Origin: Auanema rhodensis
Lineage: Eukaryota > Animalia > Nematoda
Direction: 5' to 3'
Assembly: GCA_964057225.1 (NCBI GenBank)
Contig: OZ059897.1
Coordinates: 6,944,001-7,008,000, forward strand
DNA length: 64,000 bases
The notes beneath the pieces were generated by a model. It saw only the letters and a list, made by a program, of their open reading frames with translations. It did not search any database and was not told where the DNA came from. Both the position numbers and the translations under genes were made by a program. Of this stretch, positions 41,133 to 53,226 are shown piece after piece (within the stretch, counting starts at the first letter, position 1; the number at the start of each line of letters is the position of its first letter).

Positions 41133-42214
41133 TTAATAGCCAGGAGGAGTACGAGGAGTTGGGCAGTGGAAGCAATCTCCGTTGGCTCCACGGGATCCAA
41201 GTGGTCCTTGTCTTCCGGCTTCTCCTTTGCGACCACTGCGTCCCTTCTTTCCTTGGTCTCCTTGGGGTCCTTGTGGTCCAGGAATGACAGAGCCAACGCG
41301 GCCCTTTGGTCCACGCTCTCCCTTGCGTCCCTGTGGTCCTGGAGGTCCTGGAGGTCCTGGTGGTCCGTTAACGTTGATGACACGACCGTCCTCTCCCTTC
41401 TTTCCTTTTGGTCCTTGGTTTCCTGGCTCTCCCTGTGGTCCAGCTGGTCCAACCATACCGGGTTCTCCACGACGTCCGTCGACTCCAGACAATCCTGGGG
41501 ATCCACGGGGTCCTTGTGGTCCCTTAGCTCCAGCAGTTCCTGGTGGTCCTGGTGGTCCTGGTGGGCAGATGATGCATGGTTCGGATTGAAGTCCGTCAGA
41601 TGGAGCGACTCCTCCGTCACGACCGTTATTTCCGTCATGTCCTTGGTCTCCGTCTCTTCCGTCGTTACCATCATCTCCTGGTGGTCCTGGAGGTCCAGCA
41701 GGTCCTAGAAAATAATTATAAGCATAATTTTACAAAAATAAATAATAAAAGGATATCTAACAACTAATATACCTTGTTGGCAGGTACAGCATTGTGGAGC
41801 TGGTTCAGCGTTGACAACTGGTCCGTATCCATTGCTTGGAGGAGGAGCTGGAGCATATCCGGGCTCAGTAGCTGGAGCTCCATAATCAGCTCCACCTCCG
41901 GCTCCACTGTCTGGAACCCATTGTCCGAAAAGCCATCCTCTCTTAGCACGTCCAACTGGGGCACGTTGGTACATGGCAACAAGAAGATCACGAGAGCGAG
42001 ATTTACAGAACTCAGTCTCAGAGTTAACTTGGCTTTGGAGGGCCTGGACATAAGTGTAGAGCATTGGCATGGTAATGACAGCAGCAATGACGGCAGCTGT
42101 TGAAACGACAACAGCTGAGAAGGCAATGCGCTTCATTTGTCTAAATATTATTATATTATAAAAGAAAGTTATGAATATAAAGTACCTATGAATTTCGGTT
42201 TCCTTTCCGTCCAT
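41133..42214 (-). CDS. Nematode cuticle collagen (tandem paralog)
   Basis: [33 protein letters not shown] furin site, CCTCQQG, Gly-[15 protein letters not shown]; TATA-like CTATATAAG upstream (~42270). Confidence 0.96.
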
Positions 42215-42752
42215 CCTGATCTCTGGGAGTAGAGACAGCAATGGCCTACCGTATGAGGGATCCTCGCCTTATATAGGCTCGGTCATCCCATTGTCCTTGA
42301 CTCCTCGCGGATATAGGCCATCTTCCTATCCTCATCTTGATATAACATGTGCCGAGCACCTCATCTCCCACTATGCAAATTCGTGCTCTCTCCTCGATCT
42401 CTCCATCGTTTGCTTGATATATAACACATGATGTCTTAGTGATCAGGTAAATGATAAATAGGAATAGAATGATGAATAGAAACATATGAATGTTATACAT
42501 AGGAAAATCGCACGAGAAGATAAGAGATTCTGAGAAAAAGCGCAGAGAGGAAAACAAAGAGAGGAAAGTAAGATCGCCATCTTTATTCTCGCCGATTGGT
42601 CTTCCCGAAGCCGGTTATAATGGCAAGTGATTCGCCCGTTTATGATTTCATCCATATAAATTATTATAGTTTATCGAGAATTAGTGTGGAATGAATAGAG
42701 AACAAACTTTATTAATTCTTTTAAAAAGTGAGAAACTTATGGAAAATAATAA

Positions 42753-45172
42753 TTATGAAAGATTGATTTGATTTCTTCTCGCCCATCCTCGTATAGTATT
42801 GGCGAGAGAATCAGACTGAGGCTGACCACCTCGTTCTAAAAAAATCAGCACTTCTGACATCTGTTCACTGAATTTTTACCATTTTCATACAAATATTCGA
42901 ACATATAAATAAGCTCACTTGCTTGCTTTCCCAGCTATTAATAATTTAAAAACACCAGCCACAGAGCACATTTTTCCTTGCCAATGTTCTGGGGAAGGAT
43001 CTATTTTCTCTAAGCCATCGAACCCTTTTGCAGCATAATAAAACTCTTCTGCCTGAAAAAAACTATCAAAACTTGCTCTCTGTTACTTTTATACCTTATA
43101 GCAATCATGAGCAATTATTCTTAACAATGTAAAAGAAACTTTGTTATCTCTAGTTCTAGTATATAAATCCCATGCAAATTGAGGTTTTCCATTCATGATA
43201 ACTAAGATTAAAATAAATAAAATGCCATATTATATTTAACCATTACAAGCACGAGCTAAGAAGTACTTGTAGAGACTTGCATCACGGATACCACTTGTGA
43301 CAGCCAGTAGCTCTTCCTCAGCTTCTTTATAGTTTCTACACATTAATAGAGCTTGGCCATAATTCCAATGAAATGTATCATCATTCATATGATAAGCCTA
43401 AAACGATAGAATACGTCAAATTTTAATCTTAGAAAATTTACTTTGACAGAATGAAGGTAAACTTTAACATCATCAAACTTTTGTTGCAGGAAATAACTCG
43501 AAGCCATCGCTTGTCGGCCAACAATAGTGTCTAAAAAGATACATAAATATGCTGAACTTATTTGAACACGACAATGCAGACCATACAAAAAACACCATTT
43601 TTTCATTTTGAATATTATAAACGGGAAGCTTATTAACAGAGTTATAATTGAACTCACCAGCTTCAAGAAGAGACTCTCCAACCATTTTGAAAAATTGCTC
43701 GGCTGTTTTGAGATGATCTTTCTGAATAATTCATTCATAATATTCCCAAAACATTAGTGTTATTTCATACCGATTCCTTACTATTTCCCCAGAATGTGAA
43801 GACAATTGCTTTAATCAAAAATTCTAGAGGTCGAAGTGGTTCCAATTCTTGAGAGAGACTTAGAGCAGTGCTTATATCTTCTTAACAAGTTTAATATTAA
43901 TTTTTATAGATTAATTTTTCTCTCACCTATTCTCAAATTGTAAATAATAAGATTTAACCTAGCTTCAGGCAAATCATTGACCATTCCCGGAAAGACTTGT
44001 AGAGCACCATCCCCTTCTTTAAAGACAACCATATTATGGGCTAGCAATTCCTTAATAGCGGGATACAAGGTCCCTTTTTGAATTTGATCGACTTCAGCCT
44101 TAGAAACATATTTCTTAGAGATTCATGAGCATACATAAATTTACCAAGGCTGCCTTTCCTAAGTATGTTTTGTATGTTATACAAGCTTTCAGATTCAAAG
44201 CAGCCGGGCTGTCAGGAAAAGATTTCAAATACACGGCAAGCATTTCCTGAAAAAAGTTCTGTCTCCGAATAAGTTCCCGTTTACACGAACCATAGCAACA
44301 TCATAATAGTCCATTTTATAATAACACATAGCCATATATACATTTACTGCTATCATATTCCTTAAATATTTAGTTGGAAATTTAAATTAATAAAATAGAT
44401 CCTACGTATTTTGAGTTAATATACTTTTGTAAATTTCGATTGCTTCCGCATAATGCTGCCGCATGTAATGTATGGATGCTAAAGACAGTTGATCTTCGAG
44501 AACTTCCTAGAAAATAAGCGATTCGAGTATCTTTCAACAGGTACATACCCCAAGCTGTTGATGATGGAACATAAGCTTTTTTTCATCGCCAAGCTTATGT
44601 GACACATGAAACATCAATCTATTTTGTAGAGGGCTTCGTGAACCTGTCACAAGAATTTGGTAAATTCAAAAGGTTACTTCGCATACTTTTTTCAGCAATA
44701 TCCTTTCCTTCTTTATAAAGTCCAAGAAAAAGAAAGCAACACCCAAGGTATACATTGACATCAGCCGGGCAATTTTCATTCTTTAGCATTCTTTCATAAA
44801 CCTGGATAATAAAAAATAACATAGTCAATAATCTAGAATACATGCCTCGCATGCTTTTTTGAACTCTCCAGCTCGGAAATAACAGTGCCCTAACCAAAGT
44901 TCTGTGCTCTCATCTCTGTTCCCATTTTTTTCTTTGAACTATAAATCATAATGAGTGATATAGAAAATTAACAACAGATAATTTACCTCAAGCATAGATA
45001 TAGCTCCGGCATAATCTCTTTTATGAAGATATTCATCAAGCTCCGGTAAACGTGGCTGTCTGGTAACGCGTTGCTCAACGGTTTCATTACTCTTCTTTTT
45101 GGAGGGTCGAAGACGAGATAAGAGCTGGATGTAAAATTATTTGAATCATTTTTCAATGAAAAAGCTTACCAT
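42753..45172 (-). CDS. dyf-13: Intraflagellar transport protein IFT56/TTC26 (DYF-13)
   Basis: MLLSRLRP...[21 protein letters not shown]; [24 protein letters not shown]; [16 protein letters not shown]; [18 protein letters not shown]; [15 protein letters not shown]; IAHDCY; [12 protein letters not shown]; X-box upstream. Confidence 0.93.
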
Positions 45173-45230
45173 TGTTCAATTTGTAATATGGGAAACTAGC
45201 TTTCACTGTTAAGTCGATGTTGTAAATCTT

Positions 45231-45244
45231 GTTGCCATGGAAAC
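45231..45244. promoter_or_regulatory. X-box (DAF-19/RFX site) of dyf-13
   Basis: GTTGCCATGGAAAC matches GTHNYY-AT-RRNAAC and lies ~60 bp upstream of the ATG of a ciliary IFT gene. Confidence 0.9.
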
Positions 45245-45561
45245 GATATGCATTTTGAAATTTTCAATATTTCCAAGAATTAAGATCTTATCAGATTCAA
45301 ATGTGATGGAAAACTTCCAATAGCATAACTTTGTCATATTACTATGAATGATTCACCCAATTTTCTTTCCCGTATAGCTCAGTATATAAAACGCATAAAT
45401 TTTCAAGGTAATTTAAATCGTAGCCTAACCATCTGCACGCTGTTTACAACACAACTGCGTTATGGTCACAGCTTTCAAATATAACATATATTTTATTTGT
45501 TTTTTTTTAAAGCTTATTGTATCGAATAGTTACAAAATTTATAAAATTTAAAATTTTTAGA

Positions 45562-46694
45562 ATGAGATTACTTCTAAAAATTGACAAGCTGAACAATTTG
45601 CATTATCTAACACGTATGTACGCAACAAAAGTAGCGTCACAATCATTCAGTTCTACCTCGGCGTTGTGCGTGCGTACTGCCATTACACCCTCTTTATCAT
45701 CCAATACTTCCTTGAACGGTAACCAGGATTCTTAATATGAAATATCGTCTGAGCTATATAGCGTACAGGATATCGTTATATTCGTACCCGTGCGCCTGGT
45801 GCTGATCATGGCAACAATCGTAATCAAACCGACAAGGAAGAGGAGAATAAACAAGACGGAGATAAAAAAGAAACTTCTGATTCTGCGGGAAACGAGAATC
45901 ATCAGCAAAAAAAACTTGATCCCGCTACAGGTATTAATTTTTCTAAAGATTATTGAAGCTTGAGTTCTTTAGTTAAGAAACTACGTCTTTATGTACTAGC
46001 TGTAGCAGGCTTATCTTTTGTCTCATCTTTTCTTATATTAGCTAATACTTTCAAAGATGGAAGTGGAATTCCAGATGGCGTCCAGCCGGAACATTTCAAT
46101 AGGTTTCTATTTTAATTTATTCCGCATTGACATTCTCATGCCTTCAGACAAGGCATTGATTTTCAATCCTTTGTTAACCGTTACTTAAAAACTGGAGAGG
46201 TAGAGAATTTTTCTAAAGTTTTGATATATGTATATATATATTTTTTTTTAGGTTCGTAATATTGTTTTTTGCCCTGCGCAGCAACGTGCCATTGCATTCT
46301 TGCACGATGGAGCTATAATTGATGGAAAGGCGGTTTGTTCGCAGTTTTAGACTCAGATTCCAAATATTTGTTTTGTAGGTTACCGACAAGGTGGTTGTTG
46401 TATCTTATTCTCAAAATGCCCAACAGTTTTGGGCTGATGTTAGGAAAGAAGAAGCATTAATTGGAATTTCCTTGAGCAATGGAGTAAAAATTGATTTATA
46501 CCAAGGATTGACCACTATGAAGTTCGGGTTATTTTTTTTTCTATTTGACATATCAGAGTTTTAGAGTTGTTGAGCTTTTGCTTGGTCTCTTCATATTAGC
46601 TTTCTTGGGAACTCAATACGGAAGACTATTGCGAAAAAAAATGCTTGAAAACAAAGCCGTTAAAGGAGGTTCCACCTCAAGTGGAAAACAATAG
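45562..46694 (+). CDS. Putative mitochondrial inner-membrane protein resembling the N-terminal TM-FtsH_ext-TM module of m-AAA proteases (paraplegin/AFG3L2), without ATPase or protease domains
   Basis: Arg/Ser-rich presequence, acidic linker, TM1 (LRLYVLAVAGLSFVSSFLILA), IDFQSFVNRYLKTGEVRNIVF...FWADVRKEEALIGI, TM2 (LLLGLFILAFLG), stop TAG 46692-46694. Confidence 0.72.
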
Positions 46695-46848
46695 AGCTCT
46701 ATTTAATTAGTTTTTAATGTATATATTATATATGAGACTGGTAAAATAAATTTTTAGATTATTTGTTTGATATATTTTATCGTTTTATTCGGACTATTAC
46801 TTTTTGTTTCTTTTTTGTATGCTTATTATTCTTAATTTTTTAGCAAGC

Positions 46849-48706
46849 ATGACTGAAGCCATGCGAGATATGATTGCCCAACTAATGGGCTCCCAGAAAG
46901 ATGATGAGGATGGGCGAGATTTAATTGCATATAATCATCCTTCTGTTTGTCGGGCGTACTTAGTGGGAGCCTGTCCGTATGATCTAGTTCCGGACAGCAG
47001 ATTACAGGTGAACTTGTATTGTTTCCCGTGCAAAATAATTTTTATCTATATAGGGGCTCTTAAATTGTTATCGTGTACATGAGCCTGCCCATAAAGCTGA
47101 TTATATGAAAGCTCAGGAAAAGAAGGATCATTTTTTTGATGTTGATGTAAGTGGTTTGAAGAGTAATCATGATAAGACTTATCTTTAGGCGTTTGAATCT
47201 TTGGAACATGCAGTGAAAGTAGTAGATGGTGAAATTGCACGAATAAAACAAAAATTGGATAGAGAAACACGAGATCAAAATGATACAGCTGAACAAATGA
47301 AGGTATATCTTTCACCGACTCTTAAAATTTTTAAAGGAAAATTTTGCAGACACAAAAAATTGACGAGCTTGACACAAAAATCAGCAAAGCTGTTGAAGAA
47401 ATGGAGGCTTTAGGAAACATGGGTAAAGTTGAAGAATCCATAAAATTATCAAAAGCTGTCGAAGAGTTGAGGCAACGAAAATCAGAACTTGAGGTAAGTA
47501 TTCTCAAAAGATAGAATTATGTAGAAATAGAAGTTTATTTTTGTAACTGCGTAACGACCCGCTTTCACAATGCGCTGAAATAACACCAAAATATAAATTT
47601 TTTTGTTTACTTTTATATTAATATTAATATAAAATTGATTAAGGCACAAACAGAAGTTAGGCCAGCAGGTCCTGGAAACGCATCGAGGCTAAGAGTCTGT
47701 GAGGAATGCGGTGCTCAATTAAATATAATGGATCATGAATCACGTATTGCTGATCACTACAATGGGAAAATGCATTTAGGGATGCTTGATGTCCGGGAAA
47801 AATATAATCAGATGAAGGTATTTATTAATATTAACCTTGAAAGATCGTACTAAGCTGATTCAAGCTGAAACGTGAAAACTATTACAAATTCTTGATAAAA
47901 TGGTTCGGCCACTTTAGGTCACAAGCGTTACTGCATCTTAGCCAATGCTGACATGTTTTCCGTTTGTTTACGTGGGTTTTTGTTTCGGTCGCGGTTTTCA
48001 GTTTTGAAAATAGAGCGAAACTCTTTAGCGATAATATGACTATGTTTCATACATTACCTTTTAAGTCGACGGTTGTGTTATCAAGCGCTGAAATTTCAAC
48101 TTGTCTGTTATGTTGTCTTTACAAATGTGATATCCGTTAAACTATGATAATTAAATGTTTTCAGGAAACAATAGAAGACAGAAAAATGAAGAGACGGGAA
48201 CAAGTAGGTGATTGCCTTCCTCTCCCAGCATCCAGATTTGCTGATCGAAGGTGAACATTTTTCAAATAAATTAAAAAAAATATTTGAATATTTTCAGACA
48301 GTTCAGACGTAGTCCACCGCGTAGGCATTCAAGAGATGACGAGAGAGGAAATCGCCGGCGAAGGTTAATCAGTAGCATTTCGATAAACAATTTGACTCAT
48401 TTTTTTTTCAGTCGTTCACGTTCACGTGATAGGGAAAGGGAACGTAACAGAAGATATGATGACCGAAGTTATCGTGGTGGAAATCGAGACAGAGAACGTG
48501 ATCGTGACCGTGACAGAGAACGTGATAGGTTGGTTTAATTGCTCTTATCTTCTTGTTTGTTGTAATCTAGAAAATTAGAAACACTATTTTATGTTCATAT
48601 TACTGTCGTCGAAATCTTATCAATGTTTATTTGTGAGCCACTCTTGCAGTTTGGCTAGCAATATGTCTGTTGAATCATATATTTTTTCAGGCGCGATCGT
48701 CGGTGA
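46849..48706 (+). CDS. LUC7-family U1 snRNP-associated splicing factor
   Basis: MRDMIAQLMGS..VCRAYLVGACPYDL (ZnF1); LRVCEECGAQLNIMDHESRIADHYNGKMHLG (ZnF2); RS/RD-rich tail. Confidence 0.92.
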
Positions 48707-49009
48707 AGATGATGCCATTTGCGAACGTTCCAATCCAGTTATGTTGTACCGCTAAATTTAATGTTTTTAACTTATTTATCTGGGTTTATACTATATTCTC
48801 CTTATTTTTATATAAATTACTTAAAAAGGCGCCACTTTCAAAAAATTGAAAATTTTAAGCTTTACTGTGAGAAAAATTCGTGGTTGTGTGTAATTACCAT
48901 GCATTAAAGAAAGTTTGATTCATTTAGTTCTGTTTTGTTTCTGTTTTACATTACTTATATCTTTATTTGTCTTCTAATTTCCATCTATGTGTTTATGAAT
49001 AGGGTTGCC

Positions 49010-52000
49010 ATGGAAGTTAGGCGCAGGAATGTTCCTGCTCCGGAGCATCAATCTGATGTTCCTTATTACGAGCTTAACGATAGTAAGACCAAACGAACAG
49101 TGGTACGATTATTCAGAAAACCAATTAAATCATTGTTTCTTCAGGAAGCTCTCGGATTTAGGCATTGGTTATTGCTTTTAGTATGTTTCGGCCTTATTTA
49201 TGGTGGTGTAGTATACTTACATAGGTTTATCTCGATGATTAGTTAATATAACAGTTTTGAATTCAGAAAAATGCCTGATGTAATTGAATCTAGTAACTTC
49301 CAAGAATTCAGTGAGACTAGAGCTCGTGTTTTTCTGAAAAGTTTAGCTGGTCTTGGGCCGCGACCAAGTGGATCAGACGCTCTGGAGGTGAGAAGCTCAA
49401 ACTATTTCACTGTTATATATTCTAATTTTCAAGGTCAAAGCGTTTAACATCGTTAAATCTAGCTTACAAAAGATCAATACTGTTTTTGAGAAAACTGATG
49501 TTAACAGATTTGAACTAGATGTCCAAAGACCAAACGGGTGCTTTGATCTCAAATTTCTAAGTAGTTTCACTTTATGCTATCACAAAGTGACAAATATTGG
49601 TACCACTGAGCTATTTATCCCTAATATACATAAATTAATTTTTAGTTGTGAGAATAGGACCTAAGAAACCTGCGGATCATGCTTTTATGCTTAATTGTCA
49701 TTATGATACCATGCCAGATACACCCGGAGCCACTGATGATGCGGTACGTTATAATAGAATAAGTATAATAAAAATGCTATTATGTTTCTGTTAAGGTTTC
49801 TTGTGCTATTATGATGGATGTACTCCGCGTTTTTTCACATTCCAAAGAAGAATTAGAGCATGACATAGTATTTCTTTTTAATGGAGGTGAATTCTAAATT
49901 TTTAAAGACATTTTTTATTTTGTTAATATATTTAGCTGAAGAGAACTTCTTGCAAGGTGCTCATGGCTTCATTGAACAACACCCTTGGCGTCATACTATT
50001 CGTGCTTTCCTCAATCTCGAAGGAACTGGTTCTGGAGGGCGTGAAATTCTTTTCCAGGTTTGAATTGATTGTCAAATTCTCGAGTAATTTATATTTTTTC
50101 CAGGCTGGACCCGGAAATTCTTGGTTATTGCAAACTTATTTGGAATCTGCTCCCCATCCATTCTGCAGTGTGCTAGCTCAAGAGATTTTTCAATCTGGAA
50201 TTATTCCATCTGATACCGATTTCCGCATTTTCCGCGATTACGGAAGAATCTCAGGTCTCGATGTAGCTTACACCAAAAACGGCTGGGTGTATCACACAGA
50301 ATTCGATGAAGAATGGAGAATTGAAGCTGGAGCTATTCAACGGTTTGAAAATGCATTCCAAATATCAAGACTGTAATAATTTCAGAGCTGGTGATAATGT
50401 GTTAGCTGTTGTTAAAGCTATTTTGAAAAGTCCATACCTATCTCAACCTGCTACTTTCGATGAAGCTAATAAATGGGTTTTCTATGATGTAGTGGGTCTA
50501 TTTACCGTCTACTACTCGGTTACTACAGGTATGTTCTTGATACATTCTGCAGCTTTTTCATAAGTATTGGTGTAGGTCAATTCCTGAATTATGGAGGGTG
50601 CTTGCTTGTTGTCTTCTTGATAATGTATCGCATTACTCGTGGCCATTATTCGTTTCAAGATTTGACTCGGGCCTTTTATCATCATGCTGTTGCTCTTGTG
50701 GCTATGGTCATAACTATGCTTGTCATTGTCTTTGCTGTTACTGCTTTAGATCTCGTCATGTGTTGGTATGCTTTTTTACACACTTTGTTAACTTTTTATT
50801 GTGTTTTTAGGTACAAAATGCCTGAGCTAGTTGGATTGCTTTATGTGTTTCCACTCTTGATTGCTGGAATGATTGCTCATTCATATTTTGCAGACAATAA
50901 CAAGGTGAGTATTGAGTTCATTTTGATATTCCAAGCAACTTTAACTAAAAACAGATGCTCAACGCTGAGATGACACAGTACGACAGTATCTTGGTTTCTT
51001 TTGCCATAATTCTGTTCCTGATGACCTTCTTTAATCTTGCCTCGTCTTTCTTCGTATTTAATTATCTCTTATTCCCATTTTTGAAAGATCCATTAATTTT
51101 TCTACTTGGTTCTTTGGGAATCATCAGAAGTAAGTTAATGTTATATAAGTATTACCTAACACATCCGTTCAGGAGTAACTCCACGAGTACTTTTGTATTG
51201 CCAACTTACATGTTTCATTCCTGTTATTGTTTTTGCTGTATATGCGATCAGTCAATGTGTTGATTTCTTTGTACCCGTTATGGGCCGTCTCGGAGATGCT
51301 GTAAATCCAGAGTTTGTCATGGGACCTATCGGATTAGTAATTGCATCCAGCTTAATTCTTTTCGTGGTTTGTTTTTTTGCATTCTACAAAACTAACTCAG
51401 ATGTCTTTTTTCAGAATAATTTGTTCTATGTATCTCGTAGAATGAACTATGTTATAAAAGCCTGTATTGCCATGTTCTTACTTTTTGTAGCACTTCTCTT
51501 CACTACACGCTTGGGAGTCGCATACGAATACTCTCATGAGCATCCACGTTTGCGTCGAATCATTGCTCTGGTAAATTTTAATATAAATAAAAATAATTTG
51601 AAAACTGATTATTTAGCATACGAACCGAACTGTTTACGATTTTGAAGGAAATGTTGTTCAGAAAGACAATTCTTTGTTTGTCCAAAGCTTGGATTATAGG
51701 TAATAAAACATAGTGGTTCTTCATCTAAATATATCTTTTTTTAAAGAAATACTGCTGATTTACCATCTCATTCATTTTTACAAGGAAGCACTGTTCCAAA
51801 CTGTACTGGAATTGAAGATGAGTATTGTCGATTACCGTACTACACTGCAATTCATGAGCTTTTCCCTCCAAGGTATTTTTGCAGTTTTAAAAACATTAAT
51901 GGTAAAACAATTCAGCAAATCTCTCTGGGTTCCTGTTCCTTCTCCCGCAAATATACCTTATCCTATACAACTAAAGCTGATTGACAGAGTTTTAGTAGGA

Positions 52001-52621
52001 AATAATAAGTTGAATGTATCTTTTGAGGTTAGTCTATTTGTTCAGTTTTCTATCATGCATCCAATTATGATTGCTTATTTATAGCTTCGTGGTGGATATG
52101 ATAAAATGTCTTTACATGTAACACCTTTAAATGGATATACTTTTTCAAAATGGTCATTTACTGATATAGGTAACATACATGACACCATATTTTTATCAAT
52201 AAATGCGTTTAAGATTTGGATGAATTTGGTAGAAGAACAACCTATTTCGTATTTCTAACTTACGGAGCGGAAAAACCAGAAGTTCGTAGATTTTGGATTT
52301 TGTTGGAAAAGGTTTGCCTAAACATACAAAAATTGCCTTAATAATGTATTTGTGTTCTCAGAATGAGCCTGTCCTTGAAGATCCCAGTGTTACCCACAAT
52401 CTTGAAATAGCTGTCGCTAGTCATCATGCTCATGGTAGCTGTTTTATTCGTATAGCATTAAAATATTATTTTTAGGTCAACATCAAGACTCCGATACTAT
52501 CAAGCAGTTACGTCAAGTTATTGCTACTCGTCGCAAAAGTCCTGACTCTGCGGTTGGCTGGTGGAAGTGGGGAATAACTATGATCGGTGGTGTTTCAGAG
52601 ATCATTGTTCATATATTTTAA
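49010..52621 (+). CDS. ERMP1: ER metallopeptidase 1 (M28, FXNA-like)
   Basis: [93 protein letters not shown], multiple TM helices. Confidence 0.95.
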
Positions 52622-53226
52622 GTAACTAATTGAATAATTTTGTCACGGTTTTCTGAATGTGTTGAACAATATTGAAAGTCTTTTTCCAACTTAGTCCTGC
52701 CACGTTTTATACAGAATATGAAATCATTTTATCTTCTTTAACGAATTTTTACTACTGCGATTTAAAGTACGAGTGCATATCTCAGATCACTTTTCATAGG
52801 GACTCTTTTCCTGCTACATCAGTTCCATCATAGCATTCCAAATGTGATATTTATTTGTAATAAAAGTTAATTCTTACTATTTGGTCCTTTAAACCATACG
52901 CACGTGTCGTTAATGATGCTTAAACAAAGTTTGTCTAATTTGAAAGTTTAAATCAAAGGTTAAAATCAAAAAAAGAATTAGGGCACTGAACTTTTGCCAT
53001 AGAATTACAAATTATGTCAAACTACAGTTAATTGCTTTTTGAATCATTTCCAATTCGAAAGTAGAAAAATTCACGTAGTAACTTCTCTTGATTTTCACAA
53101 CTCACACAATTTTCTGATTTTTGAAGTTGTATTTAGCATGACGTTATGAAAGCAAAGAATTTGTCACTAATCAAACAGGTTTAGTTTTCATATCTTTGGA
53201 GTTTGAATGTTTCACCACATCACTCC

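Noticed and set aside
49004-49017. X-box-like GTTGCCATGGAAGT at the ERMP1 start codon
   Set aside because: Overlaps the ATG, has an imperfect 3' half-site, and the gene is not ciliary.
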